Assembly (NCBI GenBank): GCA_937967455.1
Contig: CALCJK010000013.1
Location: 6,302 to 70,301, forward strand
Reading direction: 5' to 3'
DNA length: 64,000 nucleotides
DNA from: an uncultured bacterium
GTDB lineage: Bacteria; Bacteroidota; Ignavibacteria; UBA10030; BY39
Shown one piece after another: positions 27,853 to 37,653 of the stretch (the first letter of the stretch is position 1; every line of letters begins with the position of its first letter). Under the pieces are notes generated by a model. The model was not told where the DNA came from. It ran no database searches and saw only the letters and a list, made by a program, of their open reading frames with translations. The position numbers and the translations under genes are program-made.

Positions 27853-30579
27853 TTACTTTCTCTTATTGGTTTTATTAATGAGTGCTGCTCTTGCTGCTGC
27901 TAATCGAGCAATTGCGACTCTGAACGGAGAGCAACTAACATAATCCAGTCCAATTCGGTGGCAAAATTCGATAGAGCTTGGTTCACCACCATGCTCGCCA
28001 CAAATTCCGAGTTTAATCTTAGGTCTGACCGACCTACCTTTCTGAACTGCTATTTTCATTAGCTCACCAACACCTTTTTGGTCTAAAGCTTCAAATGGAT
28101 CTACTGGGTAAATTTCTTTCTCAACATAAGGAATTAAAAATCTTCCAGCATCATCACGGCTTACACCAAGTGTAGTTTGTGTCAAATCGTTTGTTCCAAA
28201 GCTGAAAAATTCTGCTACTTCAGCAATTTCATCTGCTGTTATTGCGCCTCTTGGGACTTCAATCATTGTTCCAACCAAATAATTTATCTTAACTTTATTT
28301 TCCTGCATAACTTCGTTTGCAACTTTTCTAACAAGTTCTTCTTGTAATTTTAGCTCTTTAACATTTCCCACTAAAGGAATCATAATTTCAGGTTTAACTT
28401 TGATACCTTTCTTTTGTACGTTTACAGCAGCTTCAAAAATTGCACGAGCTTGCATTTCTGTGATTTCTGGATAAATTATACCAAGTCGACATCCACGAAA
28501 GCCTAACATTGGATTAAATTCGTGAAGAGAATCAACTCTCTGTTTTACCTTCTCAAAGCTGATACCCATTTGAAGTGCCAATTCTCTTTGTTCTTTTTCT
28601 TCATGTGGTAAAAACTCGTGTAAAGGTGGATCAATTGTTCTGATAGTCACTGGTCTACCGTTCATTGCTTCGAATATGCCTTCAAAATCTTTCCTTTGTA
28701 AGGGAAGGAGTTTTGCAAGTGCTTGTTTTCTTTCATTATATGTGTCCGAAAGTATCATCTCACGCATTGGACCAATTTTACCTTCTCCAAAGAACATATG
28801 TTCGGTGCGGCAGAGTCCAATACCTTCAGCTCCAAATGCTACAGCAGCAGCTGCTTGATCTGGTTGATCAGCGTTTGTTCTTACACCTAATTTTCTATAC
28901 TTATCAGCCCATTTCATGATTTTTTGATAAAGTTTATAGATTGGTGCGTTCTCTGGATTCAAAGATTTTTCAATCAACACCTGTAAAACTTCGGAAGGTT
29001 TAGTTTTAACTTCTCCTATAATTACTTCACCAGTAGTTCCATCAAGAGAAATATAATCACCTTCACTGATTACACGGCCATTTACCTGCATTGTTCTTGC
29101 AGAATAATCAATATTCAAAGCTGAACAACCTACTACACAAACTTTACCCATTTGACGAGCCACCAGAGCTGCGTGAGATGTCATACCACCTCTTGCAGTC
29201 AGTATACCCTCAGCTGCGTTCATTCCTTTTATATCTTCAGGAGAGGTTTCAATTCTGACAAGTATTACTCTTTCTCCTCTTTTGCGCCATTCTTCTGCAT
29301 CTGGAGCGTTGAAAACCACTCGCCCCGAAGCTGCACCTGGACCTGCATTTAAACCTGTTGTAAGTAATCTTCCATCTTTTATAGCAGTCTCTTTTTCTGT
29401 TCTATCAAATACAGGTCTTAATAACTGGTTAAGCTGATCTGGTTCTATTCTTAGAAGCGCTTCTTTTTCATCTATAAGCTTTTCGTCCACCATATCAACT
29501 GCAATTTTCATTGCAGCGAATGCTGTTCTTTTGCCAACACGACATTGTAATATATAAAGTTTGTTCTGTTGTATTGTAAACTCGATATCCATCATATCTT
29601 TATAATGTTTTTCTAAAATTTTTCTATATTTATCAAGTTCTTTGTATATGATTGGATTTGATTCTGCTAGTTTGGATATTGGCAGAGGAGTTCTGATACC
29701 AGCTACTACATCTTCTCCTTGTGCATTCATTAAGTATTCGCCGTAGAAGTAATTTTCACCTGTTGCAGCATCGCGAGTAAAGGCAACTCCTGTTCCAGAA
29801 TCTTCACCCATGTTCCCAAACACCATTGCTTGTACATTTACAGCTGTGCCCCATGATTCTGGGATATCATACATTTTTCTATATGCTATTGCTCTTTCGT
29901 TCATCCAGGAACCGAACACGGCACCAATTGCACCCCAGAGCTGTTCCATTGGATCTTCAGGAAAATCGTGACCTGTTTTTTCTTTAATTGCTTGCTTGAA
30001 AAGTTTCACTAAATCTTTTAAATCTTCAGCATTCAGTTCTGTATCAAGCGAAACACCTTTCTCTTTTTTCTTTGCATCCAGAATTTCTTCGAAAGGATCG
30101 TGTTCATCTTTGGATTTTGGTTTTAGACCCAGAACAACATCTCCATACATCGCAACAAATCTTCTATATGAGTCGTAAGCAAACCTTGGATTTTGAGTTT
30201 TTGAAATTATACCCTGAACAGTTGAGTCATTTAATCCAAGGTTTAAAATTGTATCCATCATTCCTGGCATTGATGCTCTTGCACCTGAACGAACAGACAC
30301 TAGAAGTGGATTTTCTGGGTCACCAAACTTTGCGCCCATCTCTTTTTCAACCTTCTTTAAAGCAATTTGAATCTGAGATTTTAACTCCTTAGGATATTTT
30401 TTCCTGTTTTTGTAATAATAAGTGCAAACTTCTGTTGTGATTGTAAACCCAGGAGGAACAGGAAGTTTTAAATTTACCATTTCAGCAAGGTTTGCGCCTT
30501 TACCACCTAATAGGGCTTTCATATCAGCGCGCCCTTCAGCTTTCTTACCACCAAAATAATATACGTATTTTTTTGCCAT
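27853..30579 (-). CDS. ppdK: pyruvate, phosphate dikinase
   Basis: 908 aa. [16 protein letters not shown]...[11 protein letters not shown]. Central phosphohistidine domain (GGMTSHAA) and PEP-utilising C-terminal domain. Confidence 0.9.
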   Translation of the reverse strand: MAKKYVYYFGGKKAEGRADMKALLGGKGANLAEMVNLKLPVPPGFTITTEVCTYYYKNRKKYPKELKSQIQIALKKVEKEMGAKFGDPENPLLVSVRSGARASMPGMMDTILNLGLNDSTVQGIISKTQNPRFAYDSYRRFVAMYGDVVLGLKPKSKDEHDPFEEILDAKKKEKGVSLDTELNAEDLKDLVKLFKQAIKEKTGHDFPEDPMEQLWGAIGAVFGSWMNERAIAYRKMYDIPESWGTAVNVQAMVFGNMGEDSGTGVAFTRDAATGENYFYGEYLMNAQGEDVVAGIRTPLPISKLAESNPIIYKELDKYRKILEKHYKDMMDIEFTIQQNKLYILQCRVGKRTAFAAMKIAVDMVDEKLIDEKEALLRIEPDQLNQLLRPVFDRTEKETAIKDGRLLTTGLNAGPGAASGRVVFNAPDAEEWRKRGERVILVRIETSPEDIKGMNAAEGILTARGGMTSHAALVARQMGKVCVVGCSALNIDYSARTMQVNGRVISEGDYISLDGTTGEVIIGEVKTKPSEVLQVLIEKSLNPENAPIYKLYQKIMKWADKYRKLGVRTNADQPDQAAAAVAFGAEGIGLCRTEHMFFGEGKIGPMREMILSDTYNERKQALAKLLPLQRKDFEGIFEAMNGRPVTIRTIDPPLHEFLPHEEKEQRELALQMGISFEKVKQRVDSLHEFNPMLGFRGCRLGIIYPEITEMQARAIFEAAVNVQKKGIKVKPEIMIPLVGNVKELKLQEELVRKVANEVMQENKVKINYLVGTMIEVPRGAITADEIAEVAEFFSFGTNDLTQTTLGVSRDDAGRFLIPYVEKEIYPVDPFEALDQKGVGELMKIAVQKGRSVRPKIKLGICGEHGGEPSSIEFCHRIGLDYVSCSPFRVAIARLAAARAALINKTNKRK

Positions 30580-30599
30580 AATATTTGATTCTCCGTTTT

Positions 30600-31628
30600 T
30601 TATTTTTCTTTTATTAGTTCATCTATTTTATTTAAAAACTTTTCTTCATTTTCAATGAATTTAACTTCAATAATTAAATAATATAATGCTATACCTTCAA
30701 ATTTATTACGAAACTTACTCAGTTTAATTGCATCCTTTTCTGTAGTAATGATAATGTCAATTTTATTTTCCTTTGATTCTGATATTATATTATTAATATC
30801 AGCTTCATTGTAGAAATGGTGATCTCTAAAAGTTTTAAATTTTTGAATAAAAATTCCAGTTTCCTTTAAAGTCCGATAAAATGATTCTGGTTTACCTATA
30901 CCACAAAATGCATAACATGTTTTAGATTTAAGTTCTTCAAGGTGAAGGATGTTGTTCTCAAAAACATTCTTTAGACCAGTTACTTTGTAAGTAAATTTTG
31001 CCTGTAGTTTATCTTTAAAATTTTTTATCACTTTCTTATCGATTTCTCCATTTGAGAATAATATAAAATCTGCTCTATTCAGTGAGTGTATCGGTTCGCG
31101 TGCAAAACCAGAGGGTAAAAGTAAACGATCTAAAAATGATCTAGAAGCATTTAAAATTACAACATCCAAATTTCTTGATAGTTTTCTGTGTTGAAAACCA
31201 TCATCTAAGATTACAAGATCCACATTATACGTGTCTTTTGCCAGTTTTGCAGCTTTATATTTGTTTTCGCTTACCAGAACGATTGCTTGAGGGAATTTCC
31301 TGGCAATTTGCAACGGCTCGTCACCGCAAACATAGGGATCGGGATTCACAATTTTTCCGTCCGATACAATAATTAAACCTCTGGATTCTCTTTTATAGCC
31401 ACGACTCACTACGGCTACTTTTATATTTTTTGTAAGTAAGTATTTCAATAAATATTCTACAATTGGTGTTTTCCCAGTACCGCCTACTGTAATATTACCA
31501 ATGGAGATGATGGGTAAATCTAAATTCCTGATTTTGAATAATCCTATATCAAAGAACAAATTTCTGATTAATATTACAAGAGTGTATATAAAACTTATTG
31601 GTAATAAAATTATGCGTATGAATATCAC
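30600..31628 (-). CDS. lpxK: tetraacyldisaccharide 4'-kinase
   Basis: 342 aa. P-loop [12 protein letters not shown] followed by VSRGYKRES. Confidence 0.85.
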   Translation of the reverse strand: MIFIRIILLPISFIYTLVILIRNLFFDIGLFKIRNLDLPIISIGNITVGGTGKTPIVEYLLKYLLTKNIKVAVVSRGYKRESRGLIIVSDGKIVNPDPYVCGDEPLQIARKFPQAIVLVSENKYKAAKLAKDTYNVDLVILDDGFQHRKLSRNLDVVILNASRSFLDRLLLPSGFAREPIHSLNRADFILFSNGEIDKKVIKNFKDKLQAKFTYKVTGLKNVFENNILHLEELKSKTCYAFCGIGKPESFYRTLKETGIFIQKFKTFRDHHFYNEADINNIISESKENKIDIIITTEKDAIKLSKFRNKFEGIALYYLIIEVKFIENEEKFLNKIDELIKEK

Positions 31629-31629
31629 T

Positions 31630-32751
31630 TTACAATAGGAATTTTAAAATTGATTCTGCTACTCTAATTGATGCACCAGGTTTTCCTAATTTTTTGGCAA
31701 CCATTTTTAGTTCTGAAGCAACCATATTTCTTAAATTTTCGTCTTTTAAAAATTTAGCACATTCAAATACAATATTTTTAGTACAAGCTCTGTGCTGAAT
31801 TAATTCAGGTACAATTTGTTTTCCTGCAAGAATGTTTGCCAGTCCAATGTTTTTAATTTTTATTAATAGCCTTCCTATCAAATATGTTAGAAAGGAAGTT
31901 TTATATAAAATCACCATTGGAGTATTGAAATATGCCAATTCCAGTGTTGCCGTACCAGAAGTAACAATTGCAACGTCGCAGTTTTTCATTAGATCGTATG
32001 TAGCATATTGTAATACTTTTACGCTTGATTCTTCATCTAAAAATGATTTTATATAATCACCTTCAAATACTGAAGCTGCACCTACTGCTATCTGTGCAGA
32101 AAATTCTGTTTCCAAATCTTTCGTGGCATTTAGCATAGTAGGGAAAATCTTATTCACTTCTTGATATCTACTGCCTGGAAATAATCCAATAATTGGTTTA
32201 TTTTTCTCAAATCCATACCTTTTACAAAAATCACTTCTGTTCATTGGTTGCTCTATTATATCTAGAATTGGATGGCCTACGTATTCCACGTTTATTCCAG
32301 CTTTTTTATATATTTCTTCTTCAAATTCAAAGACTACAAAAACCTTATCTACACATTTTTTAATCTTTTCTATTCTTTTAAAGTTCCATGCCCATATTTG
32401 TGGGGCAATATAATAAAATGTCTTAATTCCAGAATTGTGTGCTTTTTCTGCGAAGCGTAAATTAAATCCAGGGTAATCTATCAGCAAAACTGCATCAGGT
32501 TTTTGATGTTGTAAAATAGTATCTAATGTTTTACTAACTGATCGTATTATAGGCAGTTTTTTGATAACTTCCCACGAACCCATAATGGCAAGTTCATCGA
32601 TATGATATATTAATTTGACACCTTCTTTTTTCATCTTATCACCGCCAATGCCTGAAATTTCCAGGTCTTTATTCAAATTTTTGAGAGCTTTTACAACAGA
32701 TGCACCGTGTGTATCTCCAGAAGCTTCACCAGCTATGATAAGTAACCGCAT
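31630..32751 (-). CDS. lpxB: lipid-A-disaccharide synthase
   Basis: Likely start MRLLIIAGEASGD at 32751; the track ORF extends to 32769. The start overlaps the upstream stop by 1 nt (TAATG). Confidence 0.85.
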   Translation of the reverse strand: MRLLIIAGEASGDTHGASVVKALKNLNKDLEISGIGGDKMKKEGVKLIYHIDELAIMGSWEVIKKLPIIRSVSKTLDTILQHQKPDAVLLIDYPGFNLRFAEKAHNSGIKTFYYIAPQIWAWNFKRIEKIKKCVDKVFVVFEFEEEIYKKAGINVEYVGHPILDIIEQPMNRSDFCKRYGFEKNKPIIGLFPGSRYQEVNKIFPTMLNATKDLETEFSAQIAVGAASVFEGDYIKSFLDEESSVKVLQYATYDLMKNCDVAIVTSGTATLELAYFNTPMVILYKTSFLTYLIGRLLIKIKNIGLANILAGKQIVPELIQHRACTKNIVFECAKFLKDENLRNMVASELKMVAKKLGKPGASIRVAESILKFLL

Positions 32752-33380
32752 TATACTACCCCCGAGCAAAAAACTTGTGAAAAAAACCTAGTTTGTTGCT
32801 GATTTTGAATTAGCCAGATTATAATAACTATTATTACAATTATTAATATTGCCTGCAAAGTTCGTTTTTCGGATTTCAATCCTTTGTTCCAGTCCAACTT
32901 TGGTTGGTTTAAATTGGTAAGCTGGTATTTTCGGAAATTCGGTAAAAACTTTGGAACATAATTTTTATACTGTTTATATTCGTCACCATAAACGTTGAGT
33001 AAATGTTCTTCTTCAAGACTTACAATCATAAAGTATTGAAAGATGAAATATAAAAGTGTAATTAAAGTTAAACTTGGGAAGCTTGCGTACGACATAACTC
33101 CAACTCCTAAGTAAATAATAATGTTTCCAAGATAGAGTGGATTGCGCACATATGCAAATGGTCCGCTTGTAATTAAATTTGAACCACCAACTTCTTTAGT
33201 TGTACGTGTTTCACTTCCTGCAATTGATACACCCCATAATCTTAAAAATTCACCGAGTAGAACAAAAACAATTCCAATCAACAAACTCATTATCGTTGGT
33301 TTTGCATATAAAATCATCAAAATTAAAAAAGGAATTGGAGTATAACTGCGATATTTGAAAAGAATTTTTCTAATGTCCAT
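32751..33380 (-). CDS. membrane methyltransferase, isoprenylcysteine carboxyl methyltransferase / phospholipid methyltransferase family
   Basis: 209 aa with 4-5 TM helices. The C-terminal motif RNPLYLG...EEEHLLNVYGDEYKQYKNYVPKF is typical of the ICMT/PEMT family. Confidence 0.6.
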   Translation of the reverse strand: MDIRKILFKYRSYTPIPFLILMILYAKPTIMSLLIGIVFVLLGEFLRLWGVSIAGSETRTTKEVGGSNLITSGPFAYVRNPLYLGNIIIYLGVGVMSYASFPSLTLITLLYFIFQYFMIVSLEEEHLLNVYGDEYKQYKNYVPKFLPNFRKYQLTNLNQPKLDWNKGLKSEKRTLQAILIIVIIVIIIWLIQNQQQTRFFSQVFCSGVV

Positions 33381-33381
33381 A

Positions 33382-34104
33382 TTATCCAGATGTAAAAACT
33401 TCTCTTCTATTGAATTCAGCTTGTTGACGTTTACGTATTCTCTTGCGTTTTAAAATTTCTTCTAATCGATTTATGATATCAATGAAATTTTGGTATAGAT
33501 AGTAAGATATATTTTTTTTCTGACAGTAAGTTTGAAGTTTATCTCTTGCAAATACAATATCGGCGAAATTTACTGCACATTGATCTGAAAAACCATTCCC
33601 AATGTAAACAATTATGTCTTCATCTGATGATAAAGTTAGTAGACGATTTCTTTTACAGCAGGCACATCTTGTACATTCTTCGTCGGTATAGGGGAATTCG
33701 GCTACTAAAGTTCCGTTATCCAGAATTTTTAATTTATTTGCAAAGAATTTTAGATTTTTTATTTGATATTTTTTTAGAATTCTCTCGATGTATAAATCAA
33801 ATCCATCGCTGACTATAAATATTTCTATAACATTATCGTTTTGATTTTTTATTTTGCAGAAATTTAAGAAATCTATGAATGTTACATCTATTTCCTGTTC
33901 ATCTATGAATGAGATAAAATCTTCATACTTGACAGAACCACATGCTTTTGTTAATTCATGATAAAATTCTATTGCGTTTAATGTTCCACATAGGTAATTT
34001 TCTACGATCTTATGTGTTGGTTCACCGGCGAAATGGAGGAATAATTTATAACCTATATCTCCTTTCGATATTGTGCCATCAAAATCTATAAAAATTTTTA
34101 ACAT
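33382..34104 (-). CDS. HAD-IB family hydrolase, MtnX-like (2-hydroxy-3-keto-5-methylthiopentenyl-1-phosphate phosphatase-like)
   Basis: 240 aa. N-terminal DFDGTI HAD motif I. The Cys cluster CTRCACCKRN parallels CSNQCGCCK of B. subtilis MtnX. GNGFSD is HAD motif IV. Confidence 0.6.
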   Translation of the reverse strand: MLKIFIDFDGTISKGDIGYKLFLHFAGEPTHKIVENYLCGTLNAIEFYHELTKACGSVKYEDFISFIDEQEIDVTFIDFLNFCKIKNQNDNVIEIFIVSDGFDLYIERILKKYQIKNLKFFANKLKILDNGTLVAEFPYTDEECTRCACCKRNRLLTLSSDEDIIVYIGNGFSDQCAVNFADIVFARDKLQTYCQKKNISYYLYQNFIDIINRLEEILKRKRIRKRQQAEFNRREVFTSG

Positions 34105-34110
34105 ATTCGC

Positions 34111-37100
34111 TTAGAACCCTGTTGCTACCGATGCTGAACGTACTTTTTCTTCTTCGTTAAAGCGAACCGTTACAATCTTGGAAACACCTTCCTCCTCCAT
34201 TGTAACTCCATAGATTGCATTTGCAGATTCCATTGTTTGCTTATTATGGGTTACAACAATGAATTGTGTATTATCTGAGAATTTTTTCAGTATTCTTGTA
34301 AATCTATCAATATTGGAATCATCAAGCGGTGCATCAACTTCATCAAGAATACAGAAAGGACTTGGTTTTACAAGATAAATTGCAAATAGAAGAGCGATTG
34401 CAGTCAGAGTTTTTTCGCCACCAGAAAGTAAATCGATTGAGGTTGGACGCTTTCCCCTTGGTTTTGCTATGATTTCTATTCGGGCTTCTAATGGATCCTG
34501 TCCTTCTTCAAGTTTTAAATCGCATTCGTCACCTTCGTCAAACAAACTTTTGAAAGTTTTGATGAAGTTTTCCCTGATTTTTTCAAATGTATCAAGGAAT
34601 TTCTTTTGAGCAGTGTTGTTTATCTCTTCAATCGTATTGATCAAGGTACGTTCGGCTTCTATCAAATCGTCTCTTTGTTGAGTCATAAATGTCAGGCGTT
34701 CGCTTTCGGTTTGATATTCATCAAAAGCAGCAAAGTTAATAGCACCAAGCATTTTCAATCTTTCTTTGATTTGTCTCACCTCTTCTCGTTTAGCGGCAAA
34801 ATCAACCCATTCGGTCTCTGGATATTCTTTCAATTCTATCTCGATTTCAAACTCATTCTTTGCTCTTTCAATAATGTGCTGAATATTCTGATTAACTTCA
34901 TGAATTTTTATTTCTAAGTCATGATACTTGTTAACATAATCATCATAGGTTTTTCTGTCTTCTTTGAGTTTAAGTTCTATTCTGTGTATCTCATTACGCT
35001 TTTTGGTGTAATTTTGTTCTACTGCTTGTTTTTCTTGCTCAACTTTGTTTAAATTTTCTTTAAGTAAATTTATTCTGCTTTCACTTTCCTGCAATTCACC
35101 TAAAATTTTATTGATTTCAAGATGTGCGTTTTTTATTTCATCGTCCCTTATTTGAAGTGTTAAGATAATATTATTTATGGTTTGATTATCTCTCTCGAGT
35201 TCTAATTCTAAATTTTTCTTTGTATTTTGTAGATTAATTAAATGTATTTTTGTTTCATTAATTTCTTTTGCCAGTTCATTTCTGCTGTTTACAATTTCTT
35301 TTATTTCATTGTTTAATTGTGTTATTGTTTCATCGATAGAAATTTTGTGATTGTCGATTTTTTTAAGTATAGGAAGTAGTTCATTTAGATTTGTTTCGAG
35401 TGTGGAAAGCTCAGCTTTTAAAGTTTCGATATCCACTTGGGTCCTATTGAAAGAATTTTGTGCACGACTTTTTTCATATTCATATTGTGCAATTTGCATC
35501 TCAACAGATGCCATTTCTTTTTCAAGTATTTTTACTTCTTCAATTGATAATTTTATATTAAGTGTTTCAATTTCCTTTTCTTTTTTGCCTATTTCTTCTT
35601 GAAGCTCAGCAATCTTTTGATTGAGATTAGTTTTCTCAAGATTGAGTTGTTCAAGCATTTCACTCTTGCCAATAAGCAGACTTTCCTGCTCGGTATTACT
35701 GCCTGCTCTTATTATACCCCCAGTCGTTTTTATATCACCATCTATTGAAACAAATGTGACGCCGAGTAGGAAGTCGGGTATTTTATTTATATCCTCAACG
35801 ATTACAACATTTTCCAGGAGATAGTTAATAAGTTCGCGGTAAGGTTCCTCAACCCTTATTACTTGATCAGCCCAGAGGTAAGAGTTCTTTTTGATTTTAT
35901 TGAGTCTCTTAACTTTGGGAATTCGATTCAGGCATACGAAAACAGCTTTACCTTTTTGATTTTTATTTAAAAAATTTGCAGCTTCAATTGCCTCATTTTC
36001 GTTTTGGACAACTATATAATTTGCTGCTTCACCAAGAGCTGTTTGTAATGCAAGTCGGTATTTTGGTTCAGTATTAATAAGTTCTGCTACAATAGGAAAT
36101 TTTTTGTATTCGTTAAATAGAAAAGCTATACTTTGATGATCATCTGCTTTTTCTATAAGTCCTTCAATAAATTCAGTTTTAGTAATAACTCTATTGAGTT
36201 CATTTTTAAAATTTATCTCTTGATTTTGTAACTCCTGAAGTTCTAACTGAAGTTGTTGAATTTTTTCTTCAATTTGAGTTTTTTCCAGCTCGGCTTTTGC
36301 AAACTCTTTATGCAATAGTTTATCTTTCGTTGTTAATTCAGCAACTTCCTTTTCACATCTTTTAATTTCGTTTTCAAAATAAATTCCGTCTTCTCTGGCT
36401 CTCTCAATTAAACGATTAATATTTTCAATTTTTTCTTCTATTAACTGCTTTTCGCTGGATTTTTTTGCAAATTCTTGTATTAGAGAGATAGACTCATTTT
36501 TATAATTTTGCAGCCTGTTTTCTTTACTGTTTAAATCAGCGCTTATATTGTCAAATTCGTTTTTTAAGATTTCGAATTTTTCTTGAATATTTTTTAAGCT
36601 TATAGCATTGTTTTCAATTTCTTTAGTTAATCGTTCTTTATTTTCTTCAAGTTTTATTCTATTATTTTGTAAATCAATTTTTTCTTTTTCGTATCTTTTT
36701 ATATTAAACTTCAGTGCATTAATTTTTTGATTACCAATGATTATTAACTCTTCAATTTTGTGTTTTTCGTTAACAATTTGTGAAGATTCTCTTAAAAGCT
36801 CATTTAATTTGTGCTCAATCTCTCCGACTTCAATTCTCATCTGATCAATTTGATAGTCTTGCTCTGATAAGAATTTTTCAATTTTTTCTTTCTCAGTTTT
36901 TGTGTAAACGAACTTATCTTTGAGTGGTAACAATTTTTTATGCAGGTAGGAGTATTCTTGTTCGAGTAATTCGATTTCAAGTTCTCGGAGCTTTTGCGAT
37001 AATTCGTTGTATTGTTCTGCTCTTTTGGATTGCCTTTCAAGTGTATTAACTGTTTTCTGAATTTCTTTAACCATATCATTTACACGAACTAAATCCTGCT

Positions 37101-37653
37101 GGACACTTTCGAGCTTATTAAAAGCAGCTTTCCGGCGATGTTTATATTTCGTAACTCCTGCAGCTTCTTCAAAAAGTCGCCTGCGCTCATCTGTTTTATC
37201 GCTCAGGATGGTTTCAACCATTTTCAACTCAATTACTGAGTAAGCATCGGCACCCATTCCTGTGTCCATAAAAAGATCTAGAATGTCTTTCAATCTGCAC
37301 GGTACCTTATTTAACAAATATTCACTTTCACCTGAACGATAAACTCGTCTTGTAACAGTAACCTGTGAATAATCGGTCGGAAGAATACCTTTTGTGTTCT
37401 CGATTACAATTGAAACCTCCGCCATACCAAGAGGTTTTCTATTCTTTGTACCGTTAAAAATCACATCTTCCATTTTATCTGAACGCAGAGTGCTATATCT
37501 CTGCTCACCTAATGCCCATCTTATAGCATCCACTATATTTGTTTTCCCACAACCATTGGGTCCAACAATAGCAGTGATTCCAGAATCAAATGTTAGGTTA
37601 ACACTTTGAGCAAAAGATTTAAAACCAAATATTTCAATTTTAGATAAATACAT
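34111..37653 (-). CDS. smc: chromosome segregation protein SMC
   Basis: 1180 aa. N-terminal Walker A GPNGCGKTN, long coiled coils, hinge, C-terminal signature LSGGEKTL and Walker B ILDEVDAPLD. Confidence 0.9.
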   Translation of the reverse strand: MYLSKIEIFGFKSFAQSVNLTFDSGITAIVGPNGCGKTNIVDAIRWALGEQRYSTLRSDKMEDVIFNGTKNRKPLGMAEVSIVIENTKGILPTDYSQVTVTRRVYRSGESEYLLNKVPCRLKDILDLFMDTGMGADAYSVIELKMVETILSDKTDERRRLFEEAAGVTKYKHRRKAAFNKLESVQQDLVRVNDMVKEIQKTVNTLERQSKRAEQYNELSQKLRELEIELLEQEYSYLHKKLLPLKDKFVYTKTEKEKIEKFLSEQDYQIDQMRIEVGEIEHKLNELLRESSQIVNEKHKIEELIIIGNQKINALKFNIKRYEKEKIDLQNNRIKLEENKERLTKEIENNAISLKNIQEKFEILKNEFDNISADLNSKENRLQNYKNESISLIQEFAKKSSEKQLIEEKIENINRLIERAREDGIYFENEIKRCEKEVAELTTKDKLLHKEFAKAELEKTQIEEKIQQLQLELQELQNQEINFKNELNRVITKTEFIEGLIEKADDHQSIAFLFNEYKKFPIVAELINTEPKYRLALQTALGEAANYIVVQNENEAIEAANFLNKNQKGKAVFVCLNRIPKVKRLNKIKKNSYLWADQVIRVEEPYRELINYLLENVVIVEDINKIPDFLLGVTFVSIDGDIKTTGGIIRAGSNTEQESLLIGKSEMLEQLNLEKTNLNQKIAELQEEIGKKEKEIETLNIKLSIEEVKILEKEMASVEMQIAQYEYEKSRAQNSFNRTQVDIETLKAELSTLETNLNELLPILKKIDNHKISIDETITQLNNEIKEIVNSRNELAKEINETKIHLINLQNTKKNLELELERDNQTINNIILTLQIRDDEIKNAHLEINKILGELQESESRINLLKENLNKVEQEKQAVEQNYTKKRNEIHRIELKLKEDRKTYDDYVNKYHDLEIKIHEVNQNIQHIIERAKNEFEIEIELKEYPETEWVDFAAKREEVRQIKERLKMLGAINFAAFDEYQTESERLTFMTQQRDDLIEAERTLINTIEEINNTAQKKFLDTFEKIRENFIKTFKSLFDEGDECDLKLEEGQDPLEARIEIIAKPRGKRPTSIDLLSGGEKTLTAIALLFAIYLVKPSPFCILDEVDAPLDDSNIDRFTRILKKFSDNTQFIVVTHNKQTMESANAIYGVTMEEEGVSKIVTVRFNEEEKVRSASVATGF

